64,000 nucleotides of DNA from positions 96,001 through 160,000 of the forward strand of contig CAVQNG010000025.1 in NCBI GenBank assembly GCA_963713825.1. Reading direction: 5' to 3'. The DNA comes from an uncultured Acidobacteriota bacterium. GTDB taxonomy: Bacteria > Acidobacteriota > Thermoanaerobaculia > Multivoradales > JAHEKO01. Every line of letters begins with the position of its first letter. The stretch's first letter is position 1. The notes under the pieces were generated by a model, which did not search any database, had not been told where the DNA came from, and was given only the letters and a program-made list of their open reading frames with translations. Shown piece after piece: positions 48,621-56,782 of this stretch. Made by a program: the position numbers and the translations under genes.

Positions 48621-49616
48621 TCAGCCGGAGAATCTGGCGAGGAATGACGCGAGGCGCTGGCTGAAGCTGGAGCCGGCCTCGAGGTGAGGATGGTTCCCGC
48701 AGTCTTCGAACACGTCCAGTTCGGCCGCCGGGGCCTGCTGAAGCCACAGATCGGCTCTGTCGATTGGCGGGTTCTTGGCGTGACGTCCCCAGGCAAGCCA
48801 CAATGGGGTTCTGAGGCGCGAAACCGTCTCTGCAATGCTGTGATTGAGGTAGCCGCTCAGATAGGCGGCCAGGGGCGCATGAGCACCCGGTTGATGGCTG
48901 GATCGATAGTAGTAGTCGAGCCTTGCGGCATCGACCTTCTCAGGAGACTGGAAGACCTCTCTGCGCAGGTACTGGCTGAGGGCCGGTCGGCTGGTGAACA
49001 GGTTGAGGCCCGATTTGCCGAGGACGGGGAAGCGCAGCAGTCGATGGAACAGAGCGTCCTTGATATCGGGTTCGTCGCGACGACCCTCGATACCAGACGG
49101 CACCACGAGGCCCAGATGGCTGACCAGTTCTGGGTGATCTACTGCGACTTGAACGGCGTAGGCCGCCGGCAGCCCTGCGGCGACGAGTACGCAGCGCTCT
49201 GCGACGACATTTTGCAGGAAGTCGACCAAGAGCCGAATGTACAGCTCCCCGTCATAGGTGATCGTTGGTTTGTCGGACCTGCCCCAGCCCAGGAAGTCGG
49301 GAGCGTAGACCCTGAAGCTCCGAGCCAGGTGCTCACTGGCTGGCCTCCACTCTTCCGAGTCGTGCCCGGGGCCGAAACTGTGGAGAAGGACGAGAGGGGA
49401 GCCCAAACCAAAGCGCTGAAAGGAGATCTCACCGTCCTGCCAGGCGAATCTCTCCTGGCGCCCCCAGGTTGGGTAACCCAGTCTTTCGCTGCGTCGAGCG
49501 ATCAAGGCGTTGGCGAGAGCTGGCAGGCCAACAGCCGCACCGCCGAGAAGGAGACCCTTGACGAGTCGCTTGCGGCGGCTAGAACTCCCTTTTGCACTGG
49601 AGCTCTCGTTAGCCAT
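48621..49616 (-). CDS. Alpha/beta-fold hydrolase-like protein
   Basis: LLHSFG, PDFLGWGRS, HPHLE. No GxSxG. Confidence 0.8.
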   Translation of the reverse strand: MANESSSAKGSSSRRKRLVKGLLLGGAAVGLPALANALIARRSERLGYPTWGRQERFAWQDGEISFQRFGLGSPLVLLHSFGPGHDSEEWRPASEHLARSFRVYAPDFLGWGRSDKPTITYDGELYIRLLVDFLQNVVAERCVLVAAGLPAAYAVQVAVDHPELVSHLGLVVPSGIEGRRDEPDIKDALFHRLLRFPVLGKSGLNLFTSRPALSQYLRREVFQSPEKVDAARLDYYYRSSHQPGAHAPLAAYLSGYLNHSIAETVSRLRTPLWLAWGRHAKNPPIDRADLWLQQAPAAELDVFEDCGNHPHLEAGSSFSQRLASFLARFSG

Positions 49617-49731
49617 GACCGGTGAGAATAGCATGCACGGGCTGGCCAGATTGGATCGATGGTCTCTGCTTGCCAGAGCGCAGTCCGAGTAGAATGGGTG
49701 CCCTTATCACCATGACGGGAGAGCCCTGACG

Positions 49732-50265
49732 ATGAAACGAAGTATTGTCCGGCTTGGCCACCCAGCCCTGCGCCTGCAAGCCGAGCCCGTTGCCCCGGAG
49801 ACGCTCGAGTCCGACGAGATGCAGACTCTGATTCGAGAGTTGATCGAGACTCTGGAGTCCGAGTCGGGCAGTGGGCTGGCCGCCAGCCAGGTGGGCGCCG
49901 GTCACCAGATCCTGGTGCTCTCAGGCGCCGAGAGCGGCGGCGAGAAGAGTGGCTCGGAGCTTGTGATCATCAACCCATTGTTGGAACCCGAGCATGCCGA
50001 CCTGGTCTATGACTGGGAAGACTGCTTGTCGGTGCCAGGTCTCAAGGGTCTGGTGCCCCGATACCCGAAGGTGCGTCTCCGGGGGCTGGATGCTCGGGGT
50101 GACCCGCTGGATCTGACGCTGGACGGACGTCTGGCTCGGTTGGTCCAGCACGCCTACGATCACCTCAACGGTGTCGTATTTCTCGACCGCATGAGGGATC
50201 TCAAGTCGCTCTCCTTCTCCGAGGAATGGGAGATCTATCTAGCCGATTCGAGTGACCGTTCCTGA
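49732..50265 (+). CDS. def: Peptide deformylase homolog with degenerate active site
   Basis: GHPALR, GSGLAASQVG, INP, EDCLSVPG, QHAYDHLNG. Confidence 0.85.
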   Translation: MKRSIVRLGHPALRLQAEPVAPETLESDEMQTLIRELIETLESESGSGLAASQVGAGHQILVLSGAESGGEKSGSELVIINPLLEPEHADLVYDWEDCLSVPGLKGLVPRYPKVRLRGLDARGDPLDLTLDGRLARLVQHAYDHLNGVVFLDRMRDLKSLSFSEEWEIYLADSSDRS

Positions 50266-50274
50266 GCGCTTCGG

Positions 50275-50751
50275 ATGTCTCGCGACCTGGTAGTTCTGTG
50301 GGCAGGGCGACACCATCGAAGCGAATGGGAGAAGCTCTGCGCGCCATTCAAACAGAGGATTTCTCGGCACATTCGTGTCCGCGAGGTAGCTGTGCGGGCG
50401 AAAGCCACCCAAGGCGATCTGGAGCGTCTGAAGGCTGAGGGGGAGGCTCTGCTGGCTGCGGTACCCGAGGGGGCCTGGACGGTGGCGCTCGACCGCCGCG
50501 GCAAGATGCGGAGCTCGCTCGAACTAGCGGCATGGCTTCGGGCGAGAATCGACGACTGGCCGGGTCCTTTGGTGTTTCTCATCGGATCCGATCTGGGACT
50601 GGCGGAGGGCGCCTTGGACCAGATGCGAGAGCGCCTGTCGTTTGGAGCTCTGACCCTGCCCCACGAGCTGGCCAGGCTCGTTCTCCTAGAGCAGCTGTAT
50701 AGGGGGCTGGCCATCAACGCCGGAATAAAGTACCATCGCGAGCCGTTGTAA
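50275..50751 (+). CDS. rlmH: 23S rRNA pseudouridine-1915 N3-methyltransferase
   Basis: LDRRGK, LTLPHELAR, EQLYR, YHR. Confidence 0.92.
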   Translation: MSRDLVVLWAGRHHRSEWEKLCAPFKQRISRHIRVREVAVRAKATQGDLERLKAEGEALLAAVPEGAWTVALDRRGKMRSSLELAAWLRARIDDWPGPLVFLIGSDLGLAEGALDQMRERLSFGALTLPHELARLVLLEQLYRGLAINAGIKYHREPL

Positions 50752-50796
50752 TTGGCCTGAACTTCAGTCGAGTCTCGTGTGAAAGGAGTGCGGTAG

Positions 50797-51195
50797 GTGG
50801 CTAGAACGTCTGGAGCCAAGAAAGCTACGAAGAAGAAGCAAAATTCCACCGAGGTCTTTCGCCGGAAGCTCGAGGATCACCAGAAGGTGATCCTCAGCCT
50901 CTACGAGCGGGACCTGAAGGTGGGACAGGAAGCCAGCGACGATGGCACCGAGGACATCGTCGATCGAGCGAACAATTCCTACAATCGAGAGTTCATGTTC
51001 GCTCTGTCGGACTCCGAGAGGCAGCTGTTGCTGGAGATCGAGGGCGCCCTGGAACGACTGGACGGTGGCGGGTATGGTACCTGCCTCAACTGTTCCGACG
51101 ACATCCCCAAGGCCCGGCTGCGAGCGGTTCCGTGGACTCGCTACTGCATCGATTGTCAGGAGCAAGCCGAGCAGGGTATCGTTCTGGAGGCCTGA
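50797..51195 (+). CDS. DksA/TraR C4 zinc-finger protein
   Basis: DIVDRA tip, YGTCLNC, RLRAVP, CIDC. Confidence 0.92.
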   Translation: MARTSGAKKATKKKQNSTEVFRRKLEDHQKVILSLYERDLKVGQEASDDGTEDIVDRANNSYNREFMFALSDSERQLLLEIEGALERLDGGGYGTCLNCSDDIPKARLRAVPWTRYCIDCQEQAEQGIVLEA

Positions 51196-51222
51196 GGTTA
51201 GGTTGGCCAGTGTGAGCTGCTG

Positions 51223-52632
51223 ATGCGAATTCGGACGGTCATCGGCACCCTTGTCGCGCTGGTCCTTGTCGTTCTCGTCGCCTATCTCACGCAACAGAAC
51301 AGCGGACTGCTGAACGAGTCGTTCGCGTTGACGGACCGGCACGCAGTGCCGGTCTACGTTGTGATGGTGGCAGTGTTCCTGGTCGGGTTTCTGCCCGTTG
51401 TGTCGATCTTGGTGGTTCAGGCCCTGAAACGGGACCTGGCCGAGCGCCGGGACCGACGATTCGATCGAGAGGCCGACAGCGCTCGCAGCAGCTTCCGTCG
51501 CGCCCTGGACTACCGGGCCGATGGCCAGTGGCGGCGAGCGGCTGAGAATTTCGAGGCGGCTCTGGCCACACAGCCGGAGGATTTCGCAGGTCTGCTCCAC
51601 CTCGGCGAGGTGCTGCGTCGGCAAGGGCGCACCGAAGAGGCCTTGGAGCTGCACCGGCGGGCCTCGGTTCTGTATCCGCAAAGTGTCGCCGTTCTGTACG
51701 AGCTGGCTGAAGACTATAGCGCCCTGGGGTCGGCAGAAGTCGCTAGAGAGCTGCATGATCGGATCCTGCGGGATTTCCCGGCAAGCGGTCTGCGAATCCT
51801 CAGGCAACGGCGAGGCTTGGCCCTCGAGAGGGCAGACTGGCAGGACGCGCAGCGCCTGCAGGACGGGATCGTCGCGCTGATCGGGGAAGCCGAGAAGACG
51901 ACGGATCGCGAGTCCGAAGAGGCAACCGTGCGCGGCCTGGCCTACGAGCTCGCCGTTCAGGCCCTGGACGCCGAGCATTTCGACGACGCCAAGAGCGCCT
52001 TTGAGAGGATTCTGTCGGAGGAACCCGCGTTCGTCCCGGCTCGCATCATGCTGGGCGAAGCCCTACTGCTGGAAGGGGACGAGACGGGGGCGGTAGCCCA
52101 GTGGCGCCGGGGATTCGAGATCACTGGTAGCCCGACGTTTCTGCAACGGATCGAGGACCATTTCATCGAGCGAGGCGATCCACTACGAGCGATCGAAACG
52201 CTGCACGCTGTTATCAGCGGGGCGGAGAACGACCTACTGCCGCGGTTCTTTCTCGGGCGACTCTACAAACGTGTCGAGATGAACGACGAGGCTCTTCGGA
52301 TTCTGCAGGCGGTTCGCGAGAGAGTCCGCCGGTCTCCTACCTTCTACTATCTCCTGGCTCGTCTCTATGAGAGGCGGGGTGAGCTGGACAAGTCGACGTC
52401 GGCCTACTCGACCTGCATCGAGCAGGCCGGTATCCCGACCTCGGAGTACGTCTGCCGCTTCTGTGGTGCCACGGCTTCCTCTTGGGAGGCGCATTGCGAC
52501 CCGTGCGGCGCCTGGAATTCGATCGAGCTCGATCTGGAGGAAGATCGTACCTACGATTCAGATCTCGGTCTCAAGGAGCGCCCCGTCTGGAGTGCTTGGC
52601 AGGAGAGGACCAAGGGAGTCAACCGGCGGTAG
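51223..52632 (+). CDS. LapA-LapB-like fusion (2 TM + TPR + rubredoxin-like domain)
   Basis: TM-QQN-TM N-terminus, TPRs, C-terminal CRFCG..CDPCGAWNS. Confidence 0.75.
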   Translation: MRIRTVIGTLVALVLVVLVAYLTQQNSGLLNESFALTDRHAVPVYVVMVAVFLVGFLPVVSILVVQALKRDLAERRDRRFDREADSARSSFRRALDYRADGQWRRAAENFEAALATQPEDFAGLLHLGEVLRRQGRTEEALELHRRASVLYPQSVAVLYELAEDYSALGSAEVARELHDRILRDFPASGLRILRQRRGLALERADWQDAQRLQDGIVALIGEAEKTTDRESEEATVRGLAYELAVQALDAEHFDDAKSAFERILSEEPAFVPARIMLGEALLLEGDETGAVAQWRRGFEITGSPTFLQRIEDHFIERGDPLRAIETLHAVISGAENDLLPRFFLGRLYKRVEMNDEALRILQAVRERVRRSPTFYYLLARLYERRGELDKSTSAYSTCIEQAGIPTSEYVCRFCGATASSWEAHCDPCGAWNSIELDLEEDRTYDSDLGLKERPVWSAWQERTKGVNRR

Positions 52633-52678
52633 TTGTGCGGACCTCCAACTCGCCAGCATCTGAAACAGGGCCTGTACG

Positions 52679-54142
52679 ATGTCCGAATCTACCGAGGCAG
52701 TTCTGGAATCGATCGAGGCAGGTCGGATCAGGCCTCTGTACCTGGTGACCGGAGACAGAGTCCTGGCCGAGCCGGCCGCCATTCAGATCGGCCAGGCTCT
52801 CGGCAGATCCGTCGGTTGTGAGGCGGAGGTCCACCGTCGCCCGGCCGACCTCGATCTTCTCCTGGCCGATCTGAAAACCTATTCTCTTTTCGCTCCCGCC
52901 AAAGTCGTAGTGGTGATCGAGTCCTCGGTGCTAGCCGACTCCGGTGCAGCCGCCGAGCTGCTGGACGAGACCGTCGAGGCGCTGCCCATCAGTGCGGATC
53001 CGGGAGATCTGTCAGGGGTGGAACGAAGAGCCGCGGGTCGGTTGTTGCAGACCCTGCGACTCTTCCAGATCGACCCCGAGGCAGGCGCTCCAGAGGAGGT
53101 CCTTGCCAATCTACCGCCATGGGCTTTCAAAGGAGGCATTCACTACAGGAAGGGTCACAGCAATCGACCCCGGGGTCCACGACAGGTCGAGGACCTCAAG
53201 GCGCAACTGATCGAGCTCTTGAATGCAGCCTTGGCCAGCGGGTTGCTCGGCTGGGCCGAGACGGATGTCGGCGAGCTCGCCGAGGCGGCTGAAAAGGGAC
53301 TGCCGGAGGGCCACACGTTGGTTCTGGCTGAAAGCGCCGTAGCGAAGCAGCATCCCCTGGTGGAGACCCTGGAGGCACAACGTGCTTTCGTGGAGGTTGG
53401 GCGGGTCGAAGCAGCAAAGGGGGGTGGTTGGACAGGGCTGGAGTTGCTGGCAGGTGAGCTTCGGCGAGAGACAGGAGTCGATATAGCGGCGGACGCTCTG
53501 CAGGAGTTGTCTCGCCGGACAATCATGCGCAGCACGGCCAGAGGGGCCGCTGCGGATGCCGTTGACGCCGACTCCACTTCGCGCTTCGCCGCCGAGTATC
53601 GAAAGTTGGCGACGATGGTTCCGGGTGGCGCCATTGACCGGCAGCTCGTCGAGAGCACTGTCGAGGACAGAGGTGATGAGGACGCCTGGAAGATCCTCGA
53701 CGCGATTGGGGCTGGTGACATGAAAGACGCCCTCTTCCGCGTCCGACGTCTCCTGGGCTCTGCTGAGGATCCGATGGCAGCTCGTTTGTCGTTCTTCTCG
53801 CTGGTTGCCTCGTTTGGTCGCCAGCTCGCAGCCGTTGCGGCTCTTGTGGACTCCACGGGGGTGTCGAGGAGCGAGGCGAACTACCAGCGTTTCAAGACAA
53901 CTATTGCTCCAGCTCTGCAGTCGGACAGTGCCGAAGGCTTGAAGAGTCCCGTGGCCAAGCTCCACCCGTATCGCATGTTCCGCGTCTACCAGACTGCCTG
54001 CAGGATTCCGCCCGCCGCGCTTGCCGACATGCCTTCTCGGATCCTGCAAACGGAGCTCAGGCTCAAAGGTGAGAGCACCGAGCCGGACGCCGCCCTGACT
54101 GCCCTGATCTGTGATCTAGCCTCCGTCTCCCGTCGTGCCTGA
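52679..54142 (+). CDS. DNA polymerase III delta subunit-like protein
   Basis: RPLYLVTGD, SLFAPAKVVVV, AWKILDAI, ELRLKG near C-terminus. Confidence 0.7.
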   Translation: MSESTEAVLESIEAGRIRPLYLVTGDRVLAEPAAIQIGQALGRSVGCEAEVHRRPADLDLLLADLKTYSLFAPAKVVVVIESSVLADSGAAAELLDETVEALPISADPGDLSGVERRAAGRLLQTLRLFQIDPEAGAPEEVLANLPPWAFKGGIHYRKGHSNRPRGPRQVEDLKAQLIELLNAALASGLLGWAETDVGELAEAAEKGLPEGHTLVLAESAVAKQHPLVETLEAQRAFVEVGRVEAAKGGGWTGLELLAGELRRETGVDIAADALQELSRRTIMRSTARGAAADAVDADSTSRFAAEYRKLATMVPGGAIDRQLVESTVEDRGDEDAWKILDAIGAGDMKDALFRVRRLLGSAEDPMAARLSFFSLVASFGRQLAAVAALVDSTGVSRSEANYQRFKTTIAPALQSDSAEGLKSPVAKLHPYRMFRVYQTACRIPPAALADMPSRILQTELRLKGESTEPDAALTALICDLASVSRRA

Positions 54143-54959
54143 GCTGCCGGAGGTCGAGGTATTGCGCCGCAGCCTCGAACCGCGAATCCGCGGCGAGCGG
54201 ATCGAGGGCATCCGAGTCTGGAACGGCGCCCTGCGTGAGCCCGTGAGGGGGCGGACTCTTCGTCGGAGGCTGGTGGGGCGCCAGATTCTCGAGAGCGGCC
54301 GTCGGGCAAAGTACCTTTTGCTCCATGTCGAAGGGGACTCGAGTCTCGTAGTGCATTTGGGGATGAGTGGTCGATTGACTCTCGTGGAAGCGGGCCAGCC
54401 ACGCCAGAGACACGAACACGTCGTGGTCTTCCTCGCTTCCGGGGGCGAGTTGCGATTTCGCGATCCCAGGCGATTCGGCCTGGTCTTCGCTCTGCCTACC
54501 GAGCGACTGCAGTCCGATCGGCACTTCAGGCATCTTGGCGTCGAGCCCTTGGAGTCGTCGTTCTCGGGTCAATTTCTGGCGGCGCAGGCCAGGGGCCGTC
54601 GGGGGCCCGTCAAGAACTTCCTCATGAACGCTCACGTCGCGGTGGGAGTCGGCAATATCTATGCCTCGGAAGCCCTTTTCGATGCTGGCATTCATCCGCA
54701 ACGGTCGGTCAGTCGCATCTCCAGAGTGAGTTGGGAGAGACTTGCCGACTCCGTTCGGCAGACGCTCGAGCGGGCCATCGATCAGGGGGGTACGACGCTG
54801 AATGACTTTGCCGATGCCGGCGGGAATCAGGGGTACTTTCAGGTCTGCCTCTCGGTCTACGATCGTTCTGGAGAAGCCTGCTGTCGCTGTGGCGCGATGA
54901 TTCGGCGGATCGTGCAGGCGGGAAGGAGCACCTACTACTGTCCGCGGTGTCAGCGATGA
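54135..54959 (+). CDS. mutM: Formamidopyrimidine-DNA glycosylase
   Basis: MPELPEVE, RRAKYL, HLGMSG, GNIYASE, C-terminal Zn finger. Confidence 0.96.
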   Translation: MPELPEVEVLRRSLEPRIRGERIEGIRVWNGALREPVRGRTLRRRLVGRQILESGRRAKYLLLHVEGDSSLVVHLGMSGRLTLVEAGQPRQRHEHVVVFLASGGELRFRDPRRFGLVFALPTERLQSDRHFRHLGVEPLESSFSGQFLAAQARGRRGPVKNFLMNAHVAVGVGNIYASEALFDAGIHPQRSVSRISRVSWERLADSVRQTLERAIDQGGTTLNDFADAGGNQGYFQVCLSVYDRSGEACCRCGAMIRRIVQAGRSTYYCPRCQR

Positions 54960-55702
54960 AGGGAGGAGACGGCGCATTGAAACTGCAAGGAGTGCTGCTC
55001 GACATGGGTGGAGTCATCCTGGAGATGGCCGGTACTCGGGGCTTTCCCATCGAACGATTGGATTGGCGGGGTCGCGAGGCGGTGACTCGGCTCATCCGAG
55101 CCGAAGGCGGAAGACTGTCCCCGGATGATCTCGAAGATCTACTGTTTACTCCCTGGCATCTCGACTATCTGCGGCGTGTCGAAATGGGCTGTGAAGCGGC
55201 CTGGGAGCCGCACCTGGAGAGACTGCGCCAAGCTGCCGGGATCGCGACGCCGGATCTGCAACTGCTGGAAGCGTGGTTTCGTCCCTATGGAGAGCAGCTG
55301 AGACCCATTGCCGGTGCCGTCGAGGCTGTTGACCGGATGAGAGCGAGTGGCCTCAAACTGGCCCTGGTCTCCAATGTTCCCCTGCCTGGTGCACTCTACG
55401 ACCAGATTCTGAGTCGCTACGGTCTACTCGACTGCTTCCGCGTTCGCCGGTTCAGCTACGATTGCGGGACGCGCAAGCCCTCTCCAGCACTACTGAGAGC
55501 CGCTCTCGACGACTTGAAGATCGACCGGCAAGCGGCAATCATGGTCGGAGATCGAAGCAATCGCGACATCGCTGCTGGTCGAGCGGCCGGCATGCGGACA
55601 GTTTGGATCCGAGGCGAGTTCGATGAGGGGCCCGTGGCTGATCAGGAAATCGGGTCGCTCGAGGAACTGCCCGACTTGCTGCGATCCTGGGGCAATGGAT
55701 GA
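54956..55702 (+). CDS. HAD-family hydrolase
   Basis: LLDMGGV, VSN, KPSP, VGD...DI. Start could be TTG 54977. Confidence 0.87.
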   Translation: MKGGDGALKLQGVLLDMGGVILEMAGTRGFPIERLDWRGREAVTRLIRAEGGRLSPDDLEDLLFTPWHLDYLRRVEMGCEAAWEPHLERLRQAAGIATPDLQLLEAWFRPYGEQLRPIAGAVEAVDRMRASGLKLALVSNVPLPGALYDQILSRYGLLDCFRVRRFSYDCGTRKPSPALLRAALDDLKIDRQAAIMVGDRSNRDIAAGRAAGMRTVWIRGEFDEGPVADQEIGSLEELPDLLRSWGNG

Positions 55703-56376
55703 GCCCCGAGAAGGGTTTCCAGCAGGATAAGATCGGCTCGATGACCGAGATGGACTCGATGAGACCTGTCGCCCTCGGAGTGGCCGGGGGCACGGGCTCC
55801 GGCAAGACGACGGTAGCGCAGGCCATCCTGCGATCTGTTGGCCCAGGCAGGATTGCGTCCCTGGCCCAGGACAGCTACTACAAAGACCTCGAGTGGAGCT
55901 CGGATGAGGAGTTGCTGCGGCACAATTTCGATCATCCTGAAGCAGTCGATACCGACCTCCTCGTGAACCACCTTCTGGCTCTCAAGGCCGGGCAGGAGGT
56001 CGAGGTGCCGATCTACGACTTCGTGGCCCATGTCCGTACCGAACGCCGTGAGAGGGTAGAGTCTCGCCCCGTAATCCTGCTAGAGGGAATCCTGCTCCTG
56101 GCCGAGCCTCGAATTCGGGAGTTGCTCGACTTCAAGATCTATGTCGATACCGATGCGGATGTCCGTTTGATTCGACGCCTTCGTCGGGACATGAATGAAC
56201 GAGGTCGCAGCCTGGAAGATATTCTGCGTCAGTACGTGACTACGGTCCGACCAATGCACCAGGAGTTCGTCGAGCCGTCCAAGCGGTGGGCCGATGTCAT
56301 CGTGCCCGAAGGTGGTGAGAACCGGGTCGCGCTCGAAATGGTCATCGCTCGCATCGAGCAGCTTCTGACCGAATAG
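55699..56376 (+). CDS. udk: Uridine kinase
   Basis: GGTGSGKTT, QDSYY, NFDHP, EGIL, EPSKRWAD. Confidence 0.95.
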   Translation: MSPEKGFQQDKIGSMTEMDSMRPVALGVAGGTGSGKTTVAQAILRSVGPGRIASLAQDSYYKDLEWSSDEELLRHNFDHPEAVDTDLLVNHLLALKAGQEVEVPIYDFVAHVRTERRERVESRPVILLEGILLLAEPRIRELLDFKIYVDTDADVRLIRRLRRDMNERGRSLEDILRQYVTTVRPMHQEFVEPSKRWADVIVPEGGENRVALEMVIARIEQLLTE

Positions 56377-56378
56377 CC

Positions 56379-56762
56379 GGGGTTGAGAGGGCCGATCGGA
56401 CCAGGGGTCTCCCTCGTCTACGGCCTCACCCGACCATGCCCCTCCGACGAGGGAGACCCCTGGCCCGATCTACCACCGTCGCGACAGATGAAGAATCCGC
56501 TTGCAGATTCGCCCCTTCGCCCTTAAGCCCCTATTGCCTTCAATGGTGCCGGAGGTTCGTTGGGGAGGTCCGACCTGCCAACCGAACCAAGGTGTCAACT
56601 AGGTCCTGAGGTCGAACTGTCACCTATGTCCTGATACAGAACACCTAGTGGCCTCCCGCGGGAGGGGGCCCCACTGCCTCAAAGGCCGCTCGGCGAAGTC
56701 GCCGAGCGCCTCAACCCCAAGCCCTCGAAGACCGGCCGAAGGTACGCCAGCCGCCTCGACCC
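56379..56762. repeat. Composite modular intergenic repeat, copy C (hairpin L, ladder, collapsed M, IS-end remnant, array H)
   Basis: Starts GGGGTTGAG and ends CTCGACCC (inverted). Shares modules with copies A, B and D. Confidence 0.88.
56593..56643. mobile_element. Isolated IS481-like terminal remnant
   Basis: Two 17-mers TGTCAACTAGGTCCTGA and TGTCACCTATGTCCTGA at 25-nt spacing, ending ACA. Family assignment from recalled end pattern. Confidence 0.5.
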
Positions 56763-56782
56763 TCAGGGTGGGTGGGCGGGCG

